NCBI GenBank assembly: GCA_963713045.1
Contig: CAVQKE010000005.1
Span: forward strand, 268,012-332,011
DNA from: an uncultured delta proteobacterium
GTDB lineage: Bacteria > Myxococcota > Myxococcia > Myxococcales > Myxococcaceae
Direction of reading: 5' to 3'
DNA: 64,000 nucleotides
Shown in pieces: positions 1 through 12,504 of this stretch. The stretch's first letter is position 1. Each line of letters starts with the position of its first letter. Both the position numbers and the translations under genes were made by a program. A model generated the notes under the pieces. That model worked only from the letters and a program-made list of their open reading frames with translations. It was not told the DNA's origin and did not search any database.

Positions 1-956
1 ACCGGCACCGCCCCCAGCCCAGCCAACAGCACCAGCGCCACCACGCGCTCGCTGGCGGAGAGGTAGAGGGTCAGGGCGGCCAGCACCATCAGCAGCTCCA
101 CCGCCAAGCCAAGGTGAAACACCAACGGCAACAGCAGCACCAAAAGCACCAGGGCGGACGTCTGCCAGCGGGCCACCGCGCGCGGGAAGAGGTGGTGCAC
201 GTCATGGAAGAGAAGCGGCGCATGCCGCAGAAACAGGACGGCCATCGCTGCCACCGCCGTGGCCACCCAGGCGAACAGCAGCGCGCTGCCGACGTCAGCC
301 AGCGCGCTGCGGGCATAGCGCGGGTCGTCCCAGAAGGCCCTCGCCGCCGCCTTGAGGGAAACCACCACCCGCCCCCAGGCCAAGGGCTCCTCGGCAAGCT
401 GGGCCTGGGCAAGCCCCAAGTACACGTAGGGGACGCTGGGGGACAGCTCTGCCGCAACGCTGGCCAGCTCGACGCTGCCCCGCATGTCCTGGCGCCTCCG
501 GCGTTCAGTCGCGGCGCGCAGCATGGCCACACTCATCGGCTCAAGGTCCGAGATGCCCAAGTCTTCCCGAAGGCCCAATAAGTCGCTGCGCGCCCCATCG
601 GCGACACGGCTGGCCCCCTCCCGCTCGGCTTGTTGCCAGCGCCGAAATGTCGAGAGGAGCTCCGAGTCCCCGGCGGTGGGGACAATCGGCAAGGGCAAGG
701 TCCGCGCCGCCGTGGGCGCTGCCACCTCGGCCGCCTTGGGCACCGCCGGCGCTGCAGTGCGCGGCGGCACCGCGCGCGCGGGCGGAGGTGGCTCGGGCGG
801 AGGGACCGGGCGGCGCGGTGGGGGCCGTTTCGGCGGCTCCTGCTCCAGCTCCTCCACCGGACGCGGGGGTTCCACCTGTGCGGGCGCGACTTGGGACGCC
901 AGCAGGGCCAGCAGTGCGGCGAGCGCGCGAGTGCCGCGGAGGCCAGGAAGAGGCAT
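1..956 (-). CDS. hypothetical exported/membrane protein, 3' end lies outside the window (absent from the ORF track because there is no stop in the window)
   Basis: Manual translation of the minus strand from ATG at 956-954 gives MPLPGLRGTRALAALLALLASQVAPAQ (signal-like), a Pro-rich linker, then hydrophobic segments (LLFAWVATAVAAMAVLFL, ALVLLVLLLPLVF). The frame stays open with GC-rich third positions to base 1. Confidence 0.55.
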   Translation of the reverse strand, partial: MPLPGLRGTRALAALLALLASQVAPAQVEPPRPVEELEQEPPKRPPPRRPVPPPEPPPPARAVPPRTAAPAVPKAAEVAAPTAARTLPLPIVPTAGDSELLSTFRRWQQAEREGASRVADGARSDLLGLREDLGISDLEPMSVAMLRAATERRRRQDMRGSVELASVAAELSPSVPYVYLGLAQAQLAEEPLAWGRVVVSLKAAARAFWDDPRYARSALADVGSALLFAWVATAVAAMAVLFLRHAPLLFHDVHHLFPRAVARWQTSALVLLVLLLPLVFHLGLAVELLMVLAALTLYLSASERVVALVLLAGLGAVP

Positions 957-1066
957 GCTTACGCCAAGCATCCTACGCGAGCACGGCGGCACCGCAATGC
1001 TTCCGACGGCGGGCGCACCCGTCTCTGCCCCTCGGGCCCTCCATCCGGAGGCCCGGGTGACTGCCC

Positions 1067-2470
1067 TTGTCCCCGTCGGCCCTCCCGGGCTATTTGCGCT
1101 CGCTGCTGCGCCCGACCGGAGGTCGCCCCCCTGTGCTTCTCGCCCTAGCAGCCGCTGCCCTGCTCACCGCCAGTCCTGCGGCCGCTTCTCCAACTGGCCC
1201 GAAGCCGGAGGTGCACCAACTGAAGAATGGCTTGCGCGTCGTCTTCATCCCCTTCGACTCGCCTGGGTTGGTGGCCTACTACACGCTGATGCGCGTCGGC
1301 AGCCGCAATGAGCCGGAGCCCGGCCGCTCCGGCTATGCCCACTTCTTCGAACACATGATGTTTCGAGGCACGCCCACCAACCCCGCCGGGAAATACAAGG
1401 ACAGCGTGGCCGCGCTGGGGCTGGACTCCAACGCCTTCACCAGCGAGGACATGACCGTCTACCACCTGTTCGGGCCTTCCAAGGCGCTGCCCAGCATCAT
1501 CGAACTTGAAGCCGACCGCTTCCAGCACCTTGCTTACAACGAGGCGCAATTCAAGACGGAGGCCGGAGCCATCCTCGGCGAGTACGCCAAAAACGCCTCC
1601 AACCCGTTGCTCCTGATGGATGAGAAGCTGCTCGAGACGGCCTACACCCAACACACCTACCGCCACACCGTCATCGGCTACCTGGCCGACGTGAAGGCAA
1701 TGCCGGCTGGCTACACCTACTCTCTCGACTTCTTCCGCCGCTATTACACCCCGGACAACGCCACCATTTTCGTCGTCGGGGACTTTGACCACCCAGCCGC
1801 ACTGGCCGAGATTGAAAAAGCCTACGGCAGCTGGAAAGGAAAGGCCCACCCGGCGGCCATTCCGCCGGAGCCGCCCCAACACGCCGCGCGCCGTGCCAAC
1901 GTCCCGTGGACGACGCCGACGCTGCCGCGGGTGTGGATGGTTTGGCACACGCCGTCGGCGAGCAACTTGCGCGCCACCGCGGTCCAAATGGTGCTCAGCG
2001 AGTACCTCTTCGGAGAGACGAGTCCCTTGGTGGAGGACTTGGTCCGGACGCGGCAGATTGCCGACGCGGTCGACTCCTCCTACGACCCACACCGCGACCC
2101 GACACTCTTCGGCGTGCTGTTGCGGATGAAGGCAGAGAAGGACCTCGCAACCGGCGAGCAGGCCGTCCTGGAACAAATTCAACGGGTGGCCACCGGCAAG
2201 ATGGTCGCCGCACGGGTGGCCGCGGTGCGTTCCAACGTGAAGTACGGACGGCTCATGTCCCAGGACCGAGCCAACGAGGTGGCGGTGCAGACGGCGGTGA
2301 CCACCGCCCTCACCGGGGACGTCAACTACCAGGACAAACTGCTGGCCACCATCTCCACCGTCACCCCCCAGGAGCTGACCGCCTTCGCCAAGAAATACCT
2401 GGTTCCGTCCAACTCGACGACGGTGACGCTGGAAACCGCGCCGGCGCCAGCGCCGGGAGGGACCAACTGA
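1067..2470 (+). CDS. M16 family (pitrilysin/insulinase-like) zinc peptidase, catalytic subunit
   Basis: 467-aa ORF. HFFEHMMFRGT is the inverted-zincin HxxEH motif of family M16. N-terminus is signal-like (LLALAAAALL). The track start is TTG, so the exact start is uncertain. Confidence 0.85.
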   Translation: MSPSALPGYLRSLLRPTGGRPPVLLALAAAALLTASPAAASPTGPKPEVHQLKNGLRVVFIPFDSPGLVAYYTLMRVGSRNEPEPGRSGYAHFFEHMMFRGTPTNPAGKYKDSVAALGLDSNAFTSEDMTVYHLFGPSKALPSIIELEADRFQHLAYNEAQFKTEAGAILGEYAKNASNPLLLMDEKLLETAYTQHTYRHTVIGYLADVKAMPAGYTYSLDFFRRYYTPDNATIFVVGDFDHPAALAEIEKAYGSWKGKAHPAAIPPEPPQHAARRANVPWTTPTLPRVWMVWHTPSASNLRATAVQMVLSEYLFGETSPLVEDLVRTRQIADAVDSSYDPHRDPTLFGVLLRMKAEKDLATGEQAVLEQIQRVATGKMVAARVAAVRSNVKYGRLMSQDRANEVAVQTAVTTALTGDVNYQDKLLATISTVTPQELTAFAKKYLVPSNSTTVTLETAPAPAPGGTN

Positions 2471-4086
2471 TGCGTGCACTCACACCGGGAGTTGCGGCCT
2501 TCCTGCTGTTGCTCTCCAGTTGTGCAACGTCAGAGACGAAAACAGCCCCGGCCGCAGCGCCTGCTGCGCAGGCCACCCCCACCGCTGCTCCTCCCGCTGC
2601 GCCGCCAGCGGAGACGCCCTTGCCCCCGCCCGGGCCGGTGGGGCCGGTCGTGCTTCCACCCTCCGACTCGCCGCTGGTGGTGGTGGAGCTGCGCTTCCGC
2701 GCTGGCTCAGTGGACGACCCGGACGGGCAAAAAGGGGTGACGGCACTCGCCGCGCACCTGCTGTCTGAAGGCGGCACGCAGGCCCTCACCTCGCAGCAGC
2801 TGCTGGAGGCGCTGTTCCCCTACGCCGCCGACTGGTGGGTGCGGGTGGACAAGGAGCAGACGACTTTCGGCATGCGGGTCCATCGCGACGGACTGGAGAA
2901 GGTCTCCGGGCTGCTGGTGGACGCTCTGGTGCATCCGCGCTGGGACCCGCGGGAGTTTGAACGCCTCAGGGACAAGGTGGTGAACGACATTGAGAAGCGG
3001 CTCCGTCAGGGGGACGACGAGAACCTCGGCAAGTCGGCACTGGGCGAGATGATGTTCCAACACCACCGCTATGGCTGGCTGACCGAGGGGCACGTCGAAG
3101 ACCTCCGCAAGCTGACGCTGGACAATGTGCGCGCCCAGGCGGCCCGTGTCTTCAGCTGGGACCGACTCTCCATCGGCATCGCCGGCGGCTACCCGGCGGA
3201 CCTGCAGGCGCGCCTCACCACCGCCCTCCAGGCCCTGCCCACCACCGGGGCCGCCCCGCCGGTGCTGACTGTCGCTTCACCCCACCGGCCGAGATTTCTC
3301 TTGGTGCAGAAGCAGACGGACTCCACGGCCATCTCCATCGGCTACCCGTGGGCGCTCAGCCGTGGCAGTCCGGACTGGGCGGCCATGTCCGTCGCGCGCA
3401 GCGCTTTCGGCGAGCACCGCCAATTCAACGGCCGCCTGGTGCGGCGTCTGCGCGAGCAGCGGGGACTCAACTACGGCGACTATGCCTACCTCGAGTATTT
3501 CGTCCAGGAGGGCGGCGAGGCCTCTACCGCCCAAACCGGGCGCGCCCGGCGACAGCAGGCCTTCACCCTGTGGCTTCGGCCGGTGCAAAACAACAACGCT
3601 CTGTTCGCCCTGCGGGCGGCGCTTTACCAGCTGCAGCGTTCGGTGAGCGCGGAACCCTTCTCCGACGCGGAGATTTCCAAGACACAAGGCTTTCTGGATG
3701 GCTACCTGCTCCTGTTCGCCCAAACCGACGCGCGCCAGCTGGGCTACGCGTTGGACGACCAATTCCTCAACCTGAAGCACTTCCTCACCAGCTGGCGGAT
3801 GGCCGTCCCCAAAGTGACGACCGCCGAGGTGAATCAGGCGTGGAGGCGCTGGGTCCACCCGGACGACGTCCAGGTGGTCCTGGTGACGCCCGATGCGGCC
3901 GGGATGAAGAAGGCCATTTTGGCCAACGCCCCCTCGCCGATGAATTACCCGAAAGACGCCCAAGGCAAGCCCCAGGATGTGCCCAAGGCCCAGGCGGAAG
4001 CGGACGCCGAAATCGCCACCTTCCCCTTTGGCGCACGGGGAGAAGAGGATGTGCGGATTGTCCCGGTGGGCGAACTCTTCCAGTAG
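2470..4086 (+). CDS. M16-like peptidase lipoprotein, probably the non-catalytic partner
   Basis: ATG at 2470 overlaps the upstream stop (TGATG). MRALTPGVAAFLLLLSSC is a lipobox. The HxxEH position reads AAHLLSEGG. Track ORF 1906..4086 is a 5' over-extension. Confidence 0.8.
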   Translation: MRALTPGVAAFLLLLSSCATSETKTAPAAAPAAQATPTAAPPAAPPAETPLPPPGPVGPVVLPPSDSPLVVVELRFRAGSVDDPDGQKGVTALAAHLLSEGGTQALTSQQLLEALFPYAADWWVRVDKEQTTFGMRVHRDGLEKVSGLLVDALVHPRWDPREFERLRDKVVNDIEKRLRQGDDENLGKSALGEMMFQHHRYGWLTEGHVEDLRKLTLDNVRAQAARVFSWDRLSIGIAGGYPADLQARLTTALQALPTTGAAPPVLTVASPHRPRFLLVQKQTDSTAISIGYPWALSRGSPDWAAMSVARSAFGEHRQFNGRLVRRLREQRGLNYGDYAYLEYFVQEGGEASTAQTGRARRQQAFTLWLRPVQNNNALFALRAALYQLQRSVSAEPFSDAEISKTQGFLDGYLLLFAQTDARQLGYALDDQFLNLKHFLTSWRMAVPKVTTAEVNQAWRRWVHPDDVQVVLVTPDAAGMKKAILANAPSPMNYPKDAQGKPQDVPKAQAEADAEIATFPFGARGEEDVRIVPVGELFQ

Positions 4087-4115
4087 CGTCGGGTGAGGGC
4101 GCCTCGCCCCACCCC

Positions 4116-5789
4116 ATGGAACGTCTGGCCGCTGCGCTTCCGGTGCTTCGCTGGCTGCCCGTCTACCAGCGCCGTTGGCTTGCCTGGGACGTCCTGGCCG
4201 GGACGACGCTGGCCGCCTACGCCGTCCCGAACGCAGTGGCCTATGCGCTGCTGGCCGGCCTGCCGCCGGTGGCGGGGCTGGCGGGCTATCTCTTCGGCGG
4301 CCTGGTGTACGCCGTGCTGGGTACCGCCCGGCGTGTCTCGGTGGGGCCGACGTCGGCCATCTCCCTGTTGGTAGCAACCACCGTCGCCCCGCTGGCCGCG
4401 GGCGACGCCCATCGCTACGCCGCCCTCGCTGGGACCGCGGCGCTGCTGGTGGGCGCGCTGGCTCTCGCTGCCGCGGCCCTGCGCTGGGGCGGCATTGCCC
4501 ACTTCCTGAGCGGGCCGGTCCTCACCGGCTACAAATTCGGCGCGGCGCTCGTCATTGTCTCCACCCAGCTGCCGACGCTTCTCGGCGTCCCCCCAGGCGG
4601 AGACTCGACGCTGTCACGACTCGGGCACCTCCTCCGCCACCTGGGCCAGGCCCAGCCTTGGGTGTTGGGGGTGGGGCTTCTCGCCTTGGGCCTCCTGGAA
4701 CTCGGCCAGCGCCGCTGGCCTCGGCTGCCGGTGGGCCTTCTGGTGGTGGTGGCCTCCATGGGCGCCGCGCAGCTGTGGCGGCTGGACGGCCGAGGCGTGC
4801 CGTTGGTGGGAAAGGTACCGGAGGGGCTACCGCACTTCGCCTGGCCGACGGTGGACATCCAGGACGCCCGACAGCTGGTGCCGCTGGCCCTGGCCTGTTT
4901 CGTCCTGGCCTACCTCGAAGGCATGGCCAGTGCGCGGGCCTTCACGTCCAGCAACGAGGAGAAGCTAGACCCCAACCAGGAGCTGCTGGCGCTCGGCGTG
5001 GCCAACGCGGTGCTGGGCGTCGGCCAGGGCTACCCAGTCGGCGGCGGCTTCTCCCAGTCCGCGGTCAATGCGCGGGCCGGCGCGCGCACTCCGCTGTCCC
5101 TGGTGGTGACTTCGGGGTGGATGGCCGTGCTGCTGTTGTTTTTGGTGGGCGCCTTCGCCCGGCTTCCGCTGGCCACGTTGGCCGCGCTGGTGGTGGCCTC
5201 GGTCACGGCCTTCATGGACGTGAGTGAGTTGGTGCGTCTGGCACGCGTCCGGCCGAGCGCACTGGCGGTGGCGTTGGTCTGCGCGGTGGGGGTGGTGTAC
5301 CTCGGCATTCTGCAGGGCGTGCTGGTGGCGACGCTTCTGTCGTTGGCCCTCATCCTTCGAGCCGAGGCCTCGCTCGGGGTCTCCGAGCTGGGCGCGCTGC
5401 ACGGCGAAGTCCACTACGCCGACCGCTCGCGCCACCCCGAATGCCGGCGCCCTCCGGCGGCGCTGGTGCTGCGCATTGATGGGCCGCTCTTGTACTTCAA
5501 CACCGACTCGGTGGAGTCCCGCATTCTTCAGGCGGTGGCCGCGGCGCAGCCCGGCGTCCGGCACGTGGCGTTGGACATGAGTTTCAGCACCGACCTGGAC
5601 GTCTCGGCAGGCGACATGCTGAGGAGGCTCGCCGGCGAGCTTCAAGCCCAGGGCGTGTCCCTCTCCTTGGCGGAGGTGCACCACCGCGCGCGGGCAGACC
5701 TCGTCCGGCAGGGGCTGGGCGCGCTGTTGGTGGACGCTGGCCGGCGGCTGACGGTGAAGGAGACGCTGGCGCGGCTGAATGGCGGCTGA
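4116..5789 (+). CDS. SulP family anion (sulfate/bicarbonate-type) transporter with C-terminal STAS domain
   Basis: ATG at 4116 lies inside over-extended ORF 3348..5789. The N-terminus LRWLPVYQRRWLAWDVLAGTTLAAYAVPNAVAYALLAGLPP is typical of SulP. There are many hydrophobic segments and a STAS-like tail (LVLRIDGPLLYFNTDSV). Confidence 0.85.
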   Translation: MERLAAALPVLRWLPVYQRRWLAWDVLAGTTLAAYAVPNAVAYALLAGLPPVAGLAGYLFGGLVYAVLGTARRVSVGPTSAISLLVATTVAPLAAGDAHRYAALAGTAALLVGALALAAAALRWGGIAHFLSGPVLTGYKFGAALVIVSTQLPTLLGVPPGGDSTLSRLGHLLRHLGQAQPWVLGVGLLALGLLELGQRRWPRLPVGLLVVVASMGAAQLWRLDGRGVPLVGKVPEGLPHFAWPTVDIQDARQLVPLALACFVLAYLEGMASARAFTSSNEEKLDPNQELLALGVANAVLGVGQGYPVGGGFSQSAVNARAGARTPLSLVVTSGWMAVLLLFLVGAFARLPLATLAALVVASVTAFMDVSELVRLARVRPSALAVALVCAVGVVYLGILQGVLVATLLSLALILRAEASLGVSELGALHGEVHYADRSRHPECRRPPAALVLRIDGPLLYFNTDSVESRILQAVAAAQPGVRHVALDMSFSTDLDVSAGDMLRRLAGELQAQGVSLSLAEVHHRARADLVRQGLGALLVDAGRRLTVKETLARLNGG

Positions 5790-5825
5790 AAGCGTCCGAC
5801 GCCCGTGTTAGCCGGGGTGGACCCT

Positions 5826-7010
5826 ATGGCACGTACCGGCGAAGCAGTTGAGCGTCTGCAAGGCATCATGGCCCGCTTGCGCGCGGACGGGGGTTGCCCC
5901 TGGGACCGCGCCCAGAATTTGAAAAGCCTCCGCCCGTACCTGGTCGAGGAAACCTACGAAGTGCTGGAGGAGATGGACCGCGTCTCGGAGGGCGGCCCCT
6001 GGCGCCCATTGTGTGAGGAGCTCGGAGACCTCCTCTTTCAAATTGTCTTCCACGCGCAGCTGGCCAGAGAAATGGGGGAGTTCTCCCTCACCGACGTGGC
6101 GGAGGCCATCTCCAACAAGATTGTCCACCGCCACCCGCACGTGTTTGGCGAGCTGCGCGTGGCCGGAACCGAGCAGGTACTGGCCAACTGGGCCCGGCTG
6201 AAAGCCGAGGAGCGCCGGCAGAAGACGGGCAGTGAAGGCTCGGTGCTGGAGGGCGTGCCCTCCGGGGCGCCAGCGCTGCTGCGCGCCGAGCGCCTCGGCG
6301 AGAAGGCGTCACGGCTGGGCTTTGACTGGCCGGATGTCGCGGGCGTGCGGGGGAAGTTGGACGAGGAGCTTTCCGAGTTGAACCTCGCCCTGGCTTCGCA
6401 AGACCCGGCCCGGGTGGAGCACGAATTGGGGGACGTCCTCTTCAGCCTGGCCAACCTGGCGCGCCACCTGGGCACGCCGGCCGAAGACGCGCTGCGGGCT
6501 GCCAACAGCCGCTTCACCTCGCGCTTTCAAGCGGTGGAAAGGGGCCTGCGCGAGGCGGCCGTCCCCTTCGGCGAGGCCAGCCTTCCGCAACTGGAAGCGC
6601 TGTGGCAGAAGGCCAAGGCCGAGGAGGCGGCGCTGCCCCGCCCGGTGCGTCCGCCCCGGGCCGAGGTGGTGTGTCTGCGGCTGAATGTGGCCGGCTTGGA
6701 GCCTGAGTTTTGGCAGGCGGTGACGCCGCATTTGGGTTGGGCGCTGTCCGTGGAAGACGCGCGTCTGCGTTTGTCAACTCCCAGCTTCGCGCTGGAGTTG
6801 GTGGTCGGTCCCACCGGCGCGCCGGCGGACGTCGAAGCGCGCCTCGCCGTGGACGTCCCAGCGCTGGCGGCGGCCGTACGCCGTACCGGCGGCACCTTCC
6901 AGCAACTCTCACCTGCCGGCTGCGTCTTCTCTGACCCGGGGCGTTCGGTGGTGGTGCGTTGTCGTACCTGCGCGGAGGGTGAACCTTCTCTTCCCACAGG
7001 ACCTGTCTGA
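5826..7010 (+). CDS. mazG: nucleoside triphosphate pyrophosphohydrolase MazG with a ~125-aa C-terminal extension
   Basis: GGCPWDRAQNLKSLRPYLVEETYEVLEE and a second MazG-type repeat (ELGDVLFSLANLARHLG). ATG at 5826 is preferred over GTG at 5805. Confidence 0.85.
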   Translation: MARTGEAVERLQGIMARLRADGGCPWDRAQNLKSLRPYLVEETYEVLEEMDRVSEGGPWRPLCEELGDLLFQIVFHAQLAREMGEFSLTDVAEAISNKIVHRHPHVFGELRVAGTEQVLANWARLKAEERRQKTGSEGSVLEGVPSGAPALLRAERLGEKASRLGFDWPDVAGVRGKLDEELSELNLALASQDPARVEHELGDVLFSLANLARHLGTPAEDALRAANSRFTSRFQAVERGLREAAVPFGEASLPQLEALWQKAKAEEAALPRPVRPPRAEVVCLRLNVAGLEPEFWQAVTPHLGWALSVEDARLRLSTPSFALELVVGPTGAPADVEARLAVDVPALAAAVRRTGGTFQQLSPAGCVFSDPGRSVVVRCRTCAEGEPSLPTGPV

Positions 7011-7255
7011 AACCTGGGGGCAAGCTGGTGGGGGGTGACAATGGTGAGGCGACGGCCTTCTGACAGTGCGGGACTGCCGCTTCCTGCAGCACGCGCACTC
7101 GGCCTTTTTTCCCAAGCGGTTAGCGGCCCATCGCCCGGGTTTTTCCACAACGCCGACGCCGCCGCTGGGTGACGCACAGCCTCGGCTTGACGCCCCCCTC
7201 GCCCTCCGGTACTGAGGGCCCCCTTTCCCACCTGACGGACTTCCCCGGAGCGGAC

Positions 7256-7537
7256 GTGGCCAATACGAAGTCAGCCGAAAAGCGCAGCCGACAGAATGAC
7301 GTCCGCCGGGCGCGCAACCAATCCGTACGCACCCAGGTGAAGTCCGCGGTGAAAGCAGCGCGCGACGCCTTCACCAAAGGCGATGTCGCCGCATCGCAGC
7401 AGGCCCTCCGCCAGGCAGTGAAGACGTTGAGTACGGCTGCCAGCAAAGGCGTCCTTCACCCACGCAACGCCTCGCGCCGCATTTCCCGGCTGGCCCAAGC
7501 GCTGGCCAGCCGTCAGCCGGCGGCCACCCGCACGTAG
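7256..7537 (+). CDS. rpsT: 30S ribosomal protein S20
   Basis: GTG at 7256, in frame with track ORF 7169..7537. ANTKSAEKRSRQNDVRRARNQSVRTQVKSAVK is the conserved S20 N-terminus. 93 aa. Confidence 0.9.
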   Translation: MANTKSAEKRSRQNDVRRARNQSVRTQVKSAVKAARDAFTKGDVAASQQALRQAVKTLSTAASKGVLHPRNASRRISRLAQALASRQPAATRT

Positions 7538-8013
7538 GCGTCCTGGGCCAGCGCGGCGGCCAGACGCTTCAACGCAGCCAAGCGGTTGGCCTCGACGCTG
7601 AGAATGTCCGGGCGCTGGCCTTGCAGGTAATCCTCGTCACCAGCCACGTCCGCCTGCGTCACCAACTCCGTGCCGCGGTAAAGCTTCACCCGCAGCACCG
7701 CGTGCACCCGGTAGCTGAGGGCCTGCAGCGGACGGGGCGCACTTGAGGACGAGAGGACGGCCGGAGCCGCGGAGACGTAGATGATTTCTCCGTCCAAGTG
7801 CGCCGGGCTGTTTTCTCCCCCCAGCACGCCCACTCGGCCCAGCTGCTCGCGCAGCGCTTCGGTGAAGACGACTTCCAGCCCGGCCTCGGCCGTCTTATTC
7901 ACCACCACCGGCACAAACACCGGGCCGCTGCCGCCGGCGAGGGACGGGCCGCCGGCGGTGAAGTGGTAGCCACAGCCACTACCCAAAAGCGCGAGGGCCA
8001 AGCGCCAGCGCAT
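7513..8013 (-). CDS. lptE: LPS-assembly lipoprotein LptE (RlpB)-like
   Basis: ATG at 8013 inside track ORF 7513..8199. MRWRLALALLGSGCGYHF is a lipobox followed by the GYHF motif. It lies immediately downstream of leuS, the classical leuS-lptE synteny. Confidence 0.65.
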   Translation of the reverse strand: MRWRLALALLGSGCGYHFTAGGPSLAGGSGPVFVPVVVNKTAEAGLEVVFTEALREQLGRVGVLGGENSPAHLDGEIIYVSAAPAVLSSSSAPRPLQALSYRVHAVLRVKLYRGTELVTQADVAGDEDYLQGQRPDILSVEANRLAALKRLAAALAQDAYVRVAAG

Positions 8014-8020
8014 GGCGGTG

Positions 8021-10516
<2,496 letters not shown>

Positions 10517-10706
10517 AGAAGCTGTCCCTCATATGGCCCACCGTGCGGTGGCGCAATCTTCCCTCGACTGCGGCCTCCGGCGGGTCAAGCTGGCGATGGC
10601 GATGCGGGATGACCTTCGACGCCGCGGACGCCCGCCGTCAGAAACGAATTGGCAATTCGAAGCGCCCACCGGCGGGCGTTGCTGCAAGGTGCCTTCGGCC
10701 AGTGGC

Positions 10707-11954
10707 TCAGGCCCTCGAGAAGATGAGCACCGTGTTGGTCCCCCCAAAGCCCAGCGAGTTGCTCATCACCGCCTTGATGGTGGCCTCCCGCGCGTGGTTG
10801 GGGACGTAGTCGAGGTCGCAGTCCGGGTCGGACGACTCCTGGTTGATGGTTGGGGGCAACAGGCCGCGGCGGAGGGCCAGAATGCTCACCGCGGCCTCGA
10901 CGCTGCCCGCGGCACCGAGGAGGTGCCCAGTCATCGACTTGGTGGAGCTAATCGCGAGCCTCCGGGCTTGCGCTCCGAAGGCCTGCTTGATGGCGCGCGT
11001 TTCGTGCACGTCGTTCAGCGGCGTCGAGGTCCCGTGTGCGTTGAGGTAGCCGATGTCCTCGGCGTTCAATTGCGCGTCCTCCAGGGCCAATCGCATGCAA
11101 GACGCGGCGCGCGCCCCGTCCGTGGTCGGCTGCGTCAGGTGGTAGGCGTCGGCATTGGCCGCGAACCCCGTCAGCTCCGCCAGAATCTCCGCACCCCGGC
11201 GCCGCGCGCACTCCTCCTCTTCGAGGATGAGCACCCCTGCCCCTTCGCCCAGGACGAAGCCATCCCGGCCGAGGTCAAAGGGACGGCTGGCGCGCTGAGG
11301 GTCGTCGTTCCGGGCCGAGAGCGCGCGCATTGCTTCAAAACCCCCAATGGCCAGCGACGTCACCGCCGCCTCCGCGGAGCCGGCGATGACGGCATCGGTT
11401 CTGCCGCTTCGAATGGACCACAGCGCCTCGCCGATGGCATGCGCTCCGGTCGAGCACGCTGCCACCGGCGCCCAGTTCGGTCCCGCGGCTCCAGTGCGGA
11501 TGCTCACCAGCCCGGCGGCCGTATTGGTCAGGATTTGCAGGACAAAAAACGGCGAGAGCCGGTCGAAGCCCGTCGTCAAGGCCTTTTCGTGGGCTTCTTG
11601 GGCCGAGGCCAAACCTCCGATGCCCGAGCCGAGGATGACCCCCACCCGCTCCGGGGCATAGCCGCTCGAGCCTCCAATCCGAAGGCCGCTCGCCTGCACC
11701 GCCATCTCGCTCGCCGCCAGCGCATACTGGACGAAGAGGTCGACACGTCGGACCTCCTTTCGCGGCATCCATTGCTCGGCGTCGAAGTCCTTCACCTCGG
11801 CGGCAATGCGCGTCTTGAGTGTTCCCGGGTCGAACCGGGTGATGGGACCCACTCCAGACTGTCCGGCCACCAGCGCCTTCCAGGTGGTCTCCACACCGGT
11901 GCCTAGCGGCGTGACCAGTCCCAGCCCGGTGACGACGATTTTGCGTCCAGCCAT
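10707..11954 (-). CDS. fabF: beta-ketoacyl-ACP synthase II
   Basis: 415 aa. Active-site Cys in AACSTGAHAIG, His residues in NAHGTSTPLND and SMTGHLLGAAG. No acpP or fabG next to it. Confidence 0.92.
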   Translation of the reverse strand: MAGRKIVVTGLGLVTPLGTGVETTWKALVAGQSGVGPITRFDPGTLKTRIAAEVKDFDAEQWMPRKEVRRVDLFVQYALAASEMAVQASGLRIGGSSGYAPERVGVILGSGIGGLASAQEAHEKALTTGFDRLSPFFVLQILTNTAAGLVSIRTGAAGPNWAPVAACSTGAHAIGEALWSIRSGRTDAVIAGSAEAAVTSLAIGGFEAMRALSARNDDPQRASRPFDLGRDGFVLGEGAGVLILEEEECARRRGAEILAELTGFAANADAYHLTQPTTDGARAASCMRLALEDAQLNAEDIGYLNAHGTSTPLNDVHETRAIKQAFGAQARRLAISSTKSMTGHLLGAAGSVEAAVSILALRRGLLPPTINQESSDPDCDLDYVPNHAREATIKAVMSNSLGFGGTNTVLIFSRA

Positions 11955-11993
11955 GACAGCAGACAGGCGGCCAGGAGGAGGGCGGCTGGCCAG

Positions 11994-12497
11994 CTATTCT
12001 CCGAAGGTCCCTTCGGGTCGCTCCTCAACCTCGGGCCGCAGGTGGGGGTGGCGCTCCAGGAGACGAACACACGTATTCCACCTGAGGAGCGCCTCATCGT
12101 CTCCAGGCGGCCGCTCGGCCTCCGCCCGCTCGTACCAACTCATCGCCTCATGCAGCGAGTGGTATGCGATTCCGCTCGAGCCGGGACTTCCGAGGTCAAG
12201 CTGTGCCTTTCCTCGTCGTTCGCAGATGATGCCAGCGTAGTAGGCACGCTTATATTCGTCGCGGATGCGTGGAAGGAGCCTTCGGGCACGGTCGACCTCG
12301 TCGCCGCTGTGTCCGGAGAATTGGTCGGTAATGGCCAAAAGCAACGTAATCAGCGCTGCTTCGTTGTCCGGGTCGACCTCCAGTGCATCCAGACAGATAC
12401 TCTCCGCCGCCCACGCCTGATTGAGCAAGCGGTAGCGCTCGGCCTTTTGGAGCGCGGCTGGTACGGCATCCTTGGAGATGGGCTTGAATCGCAGCAT
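11994..12497 (-). CDS. hypothetical helical (TPR-like) protein
   Basis: ATG at 12497 (MLRFKPISKDAVPAALQKAERYRLLNQAW...) lies 8 nt after the sdhB stop. Third positions are GC-rich. I recognise no motif. Confidence 0.55.
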   Translation of the reverse strand: MLRFKPISKDAVPAALQKAERYRLLNQAWAAESICLDALEVDPDNEAALITLLLAITDQFSGHSGDEVDRARRLLPRIRDEYKRAYYAGIICERRGKAQLDLGSPGSSGIAYHSLHEAMSWYERAEAERPPGDDEALLRWNTCVRLLERHPHLRPEVEERPEGTFGE

Positions 12498-12504
12498 ACG
12501 GACC

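Noticed and set aside
484-1311. 275-aa plus-strand ORF spanning the divergent promoter region.
   Set aside because: Low-complexity Arg/Gly/Ala composition. It overlaps the better-supported minus-strand partial gene (1..956) and the start of the M16 gene.
10646-10678. GAATTGgCAATTC palindrome and CGCCC..GGGCG hairpin between fabF and leuS, as a terminator or operator.
   Set aside because: The stems are short, there is no U-tract, and I can check no conservation. Too weak to call.
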